Below are positions 61,601-64,000 of a stretch of DNA of 64,000 nt, piece by piece. Position numbers and translations under genes: made by a program. Below the pieces are notes generated by a model. The model saw nothing but the letters and a program-made list of their open reading frames with translations. It did not search any database and had not been told where the DNA came from. Source of the DNA: Octopus vulgaris (taxonomy: Eukaryota); the NCBI GenBank assembly GCA_951406725.2, contig OX597839.1, positions 11,656,001 through 11,720,000 on the forward strand, read 5' to 3'. Each line of letters begins with the position of its first letter. Position 1 is the first letter of the stretch.

Positions 61601-62585
61601 ATGGCGGATAGGGCGGCAAGAACAATAAACAGCAGCAAAAAACGAGCTCGCGCGGGACAATAATTTCAACAAATTCGACAAAAATTTCTCAACAAGTCTT
61701 GCAAGCCATTTCGGGAATTCATTGCCGTGGGGTTCGATTACATTAAAGGGCATCACGGCAATGCCATCTCCCTCCACCTCACCCCGGCCATCAGCGGGAA
61801 ACAGGAAACACGCACAGAACAAAATTAAAAATGAAAAAGCCCGAACAGCGCCGCTCGGCGAAATTTAAAGATAAACTCATAAACGGACCAGTTCAAAATT
61901 TTCTAAAAAAAAAAAACGAATTATTTTATTGCTAAACATGCAGGTGTCTGTTGTTAATAGAAATTTAAACTCACCGGTTTCGAAACCCCGTGAAGCTAAA
62001 CATTATTTGTTACATCTACTTTTATTTCTATACACTTCCAGAAAAGTAGACGAAAACTTATGATTGCAAAAAGGGATCAGCTCAGTAAATTTATTTAAGG
62101 TTTTAGACCCAAAAGACTTAAGGATGGCAAGAAATTCCCTTACTTATATTTATTTATATTAACTCTGAAAAAAAGGGCCCTCGAAATAACATACCATTCA
62201 AGAGAATATCTTTTATTATTCTTCTTTAAACCGTGTATAGAAGAGGCAAGTGTAGTAGAATTACAGTACTTTTCGTTCGAAAACGAATCCATGTGGGCCC
62301 TGTACCGAACCTATGGGTTTTTAAAAACAAAATAAATCATTTTTTACACAAAGTAAATAATTTTTTTAAAACAAAGTAAATAAAAAATTTTTCTAAACAA
62401 CGTAAATAAATTTGTTTACGTTGTTTAATAACTTTCAACCGAATTTTTATGAACATTTGTTATAGGTTAGGAGTCGCTGTAGGATCAACTAGTCACGACT
62501 AGCTAGCGCGGATGCGCGAGTGCGCGCACCGGGACCACTCTTCTTAAATAGTACCCAAGCACTGACACAAACACATAGATGTATA

Positions 62586-63023
62586 GGATCTTTTCGGTTT
62601 GAACGGCAGTTTTTTCTAGCGGTGTCATATGAAATTGTCACCCATAATTATGACCCTAGTATCGATCTATTGCATTTCAATCCGTTTTAGGGTTAGGGTT
62701 AGAGTTAGGATTAGGGTTAGAGTTAGGGGTGGGGGAAGGGTATCTTTTTCTCTTCAGAAATGTAAATAAACCCAATCTGTTTCTTAAACGAGGGACATTT
62801 TCATACGGCACAGAATGTTTTCACCTCAATAGACGGTCATTGATTGGTTGAAATTACAGAAATTGAAGAAAAAAAACAAATATCTTACAAACTATAGAAT
62901 TTTCTCAATAAAGCCAAGAGAAAAAGATGTTTTATAAACACATTCTACCAGTATACGAAGTTTAAAAGTGTTTAATTACGTGGAAATTATTTTAAAAAAC
63001 TGCCGTTCAAACCGAAAAGATCC
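62586..63023. mobile_element. MITE with 30-bp TIR, 8-bp TSD and internal TTAGGG-like array (Merlin-like by termini)
   Basis: GGATCTTTTCGGTTTGAACGGCAGTTTTTT / AAAAAACTGCCGTTCAAACCGAAAAGATCC. TSD GATGTATA at 62578-62585 and 63024-63031. Confidence 0.88.
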
Positions 63024-63875
63024 GATGTATAACTTATACATATACACAACAGGCTTCTTTCCAACTCCCCGTACCAAATCCAGAAAATACTTCACAAGTT
63101 GTCACGCATTGGCATTGAACCCGGAACCACGTGGTCGGGAAACAAACTTTGTACTACACTGCTTCACCTCCGCCGTCGCACGCGTGCGCGTACCCACTTC
63201 ACAGTAATTACTACATTCCAGGTTGTAGTAATTAACCGAATTACGCCAATTAACACAATTTATGTTCAATTATGGCGTGGTGATATTTCGAAGTGAAGGA
63301 GGACATTTTAGCATCGACTGTTGTTGGTTAACTTCAAGTCGGTTCGGCTCGGCTAGATCCTTGATCAAAAGACATTCCAAATATGACCATCACACCACAT
63401 TCTATTCCTTGAAATGTAGATGCAAAGCTTCACCGCGTGATTAAGGGGATGTTAGTATGGCACCAAGGGGATGTTAGTTTGGCACCAACAGATTCTATTT
63501 TGTTTTGGGATTTGGTTCACAAGATTCTTTATGTGATACGTGTGTTGAAGCATATTTTGTTGTGTCTGGGGAGAGTCATTCACTTTTTATGCCTTATAAT
63601 GTAACACACTCACCGGTAAAATTTCCACTTATTTTTATTTTCCTAAAATTTTCGTTGCGTCTTGAAACTTTTTCAATATAGGCGTAGTAGTGGCTGTGTG
63701 GTAAGTAGTTTGCTTACGAACCACATGGTTCAAGTTCTGTCCACTGCAAGGCACCTTGGGCAAGTGTCTGCTCCTATAGCTTCAGGCCGATCAAAACCTT
63801 GTGAGTGGATTTGTTAGACGGAAACTGAAACAAGCCCGTCGTGTGTGTTTCATATATATATGTATATATATATAC

Positions 63876-63925
<50 letters not shown>

Positions 63926-64000
63926 AGGACGGAAGATCGTAGTGTAGGTTCAACGACTACCTAGCAGTAACACAGGCTTTTGTATGGCTCTGAAACATGG

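Noticed and set aside
62687-62730. True telomere or chromosome fusion site
   Set aside because: Short, degenerate and internal to a TIR element with a TSD.

Overview
Eukaryotic, AT-rich, repeat-dense genomic DNA, most likely an octopus or other coleoid cephalopod (inferred from the tRNA-derived SINE families and pervasive (TA)n/(CA)n/(ATC)n microsatellites). Nearly all ORF-track entries are microsatellite or SINE artefacts. The real content is one + strand multi-exon gene of the AUTS2/FBRSL1/fibrosin/Tay-bridge family. I assembled 12 exons by hand with GT-AG boundaries and matching phases: 13149-13191, 19037-21296, 22396-22679, 37294-37502, 39240-39284, 39908-40006, 42657-42746, 43670-43883, 44021-44089, 45276-45329, 46123-46312, 47630-48458. 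They total 4386 nt (1461 aa + stop) and lack the 5' end. There is also a candidate 84-nt cassette exon and a probable ~5 kb 3' UTR. Most notable: (1) a 2.26 kb exon encoding ~70 His-pentapeptide repeats (48x HSGPS-like, ~22x HNTQP-like) with a decayed intronic copy nearby; (2) an apparently intact minimal type-I hammerhead ribozyme plus degenerate hammerhead-like motifs of the Penelope/retrozyme type; (3) a 39-bp-arm intronic palindrome; (4) a degenerate 24-nt repeat array in the putative 3' UTR; (5) local duplications and templated insertions around exons. Other elements: five SINE families, piggyBac-, hAT- and Merlin-like MITEs, an RTE LINE 3' end and a gag-like ORF1 remnant. All calls come from manual reading; no database search was run.
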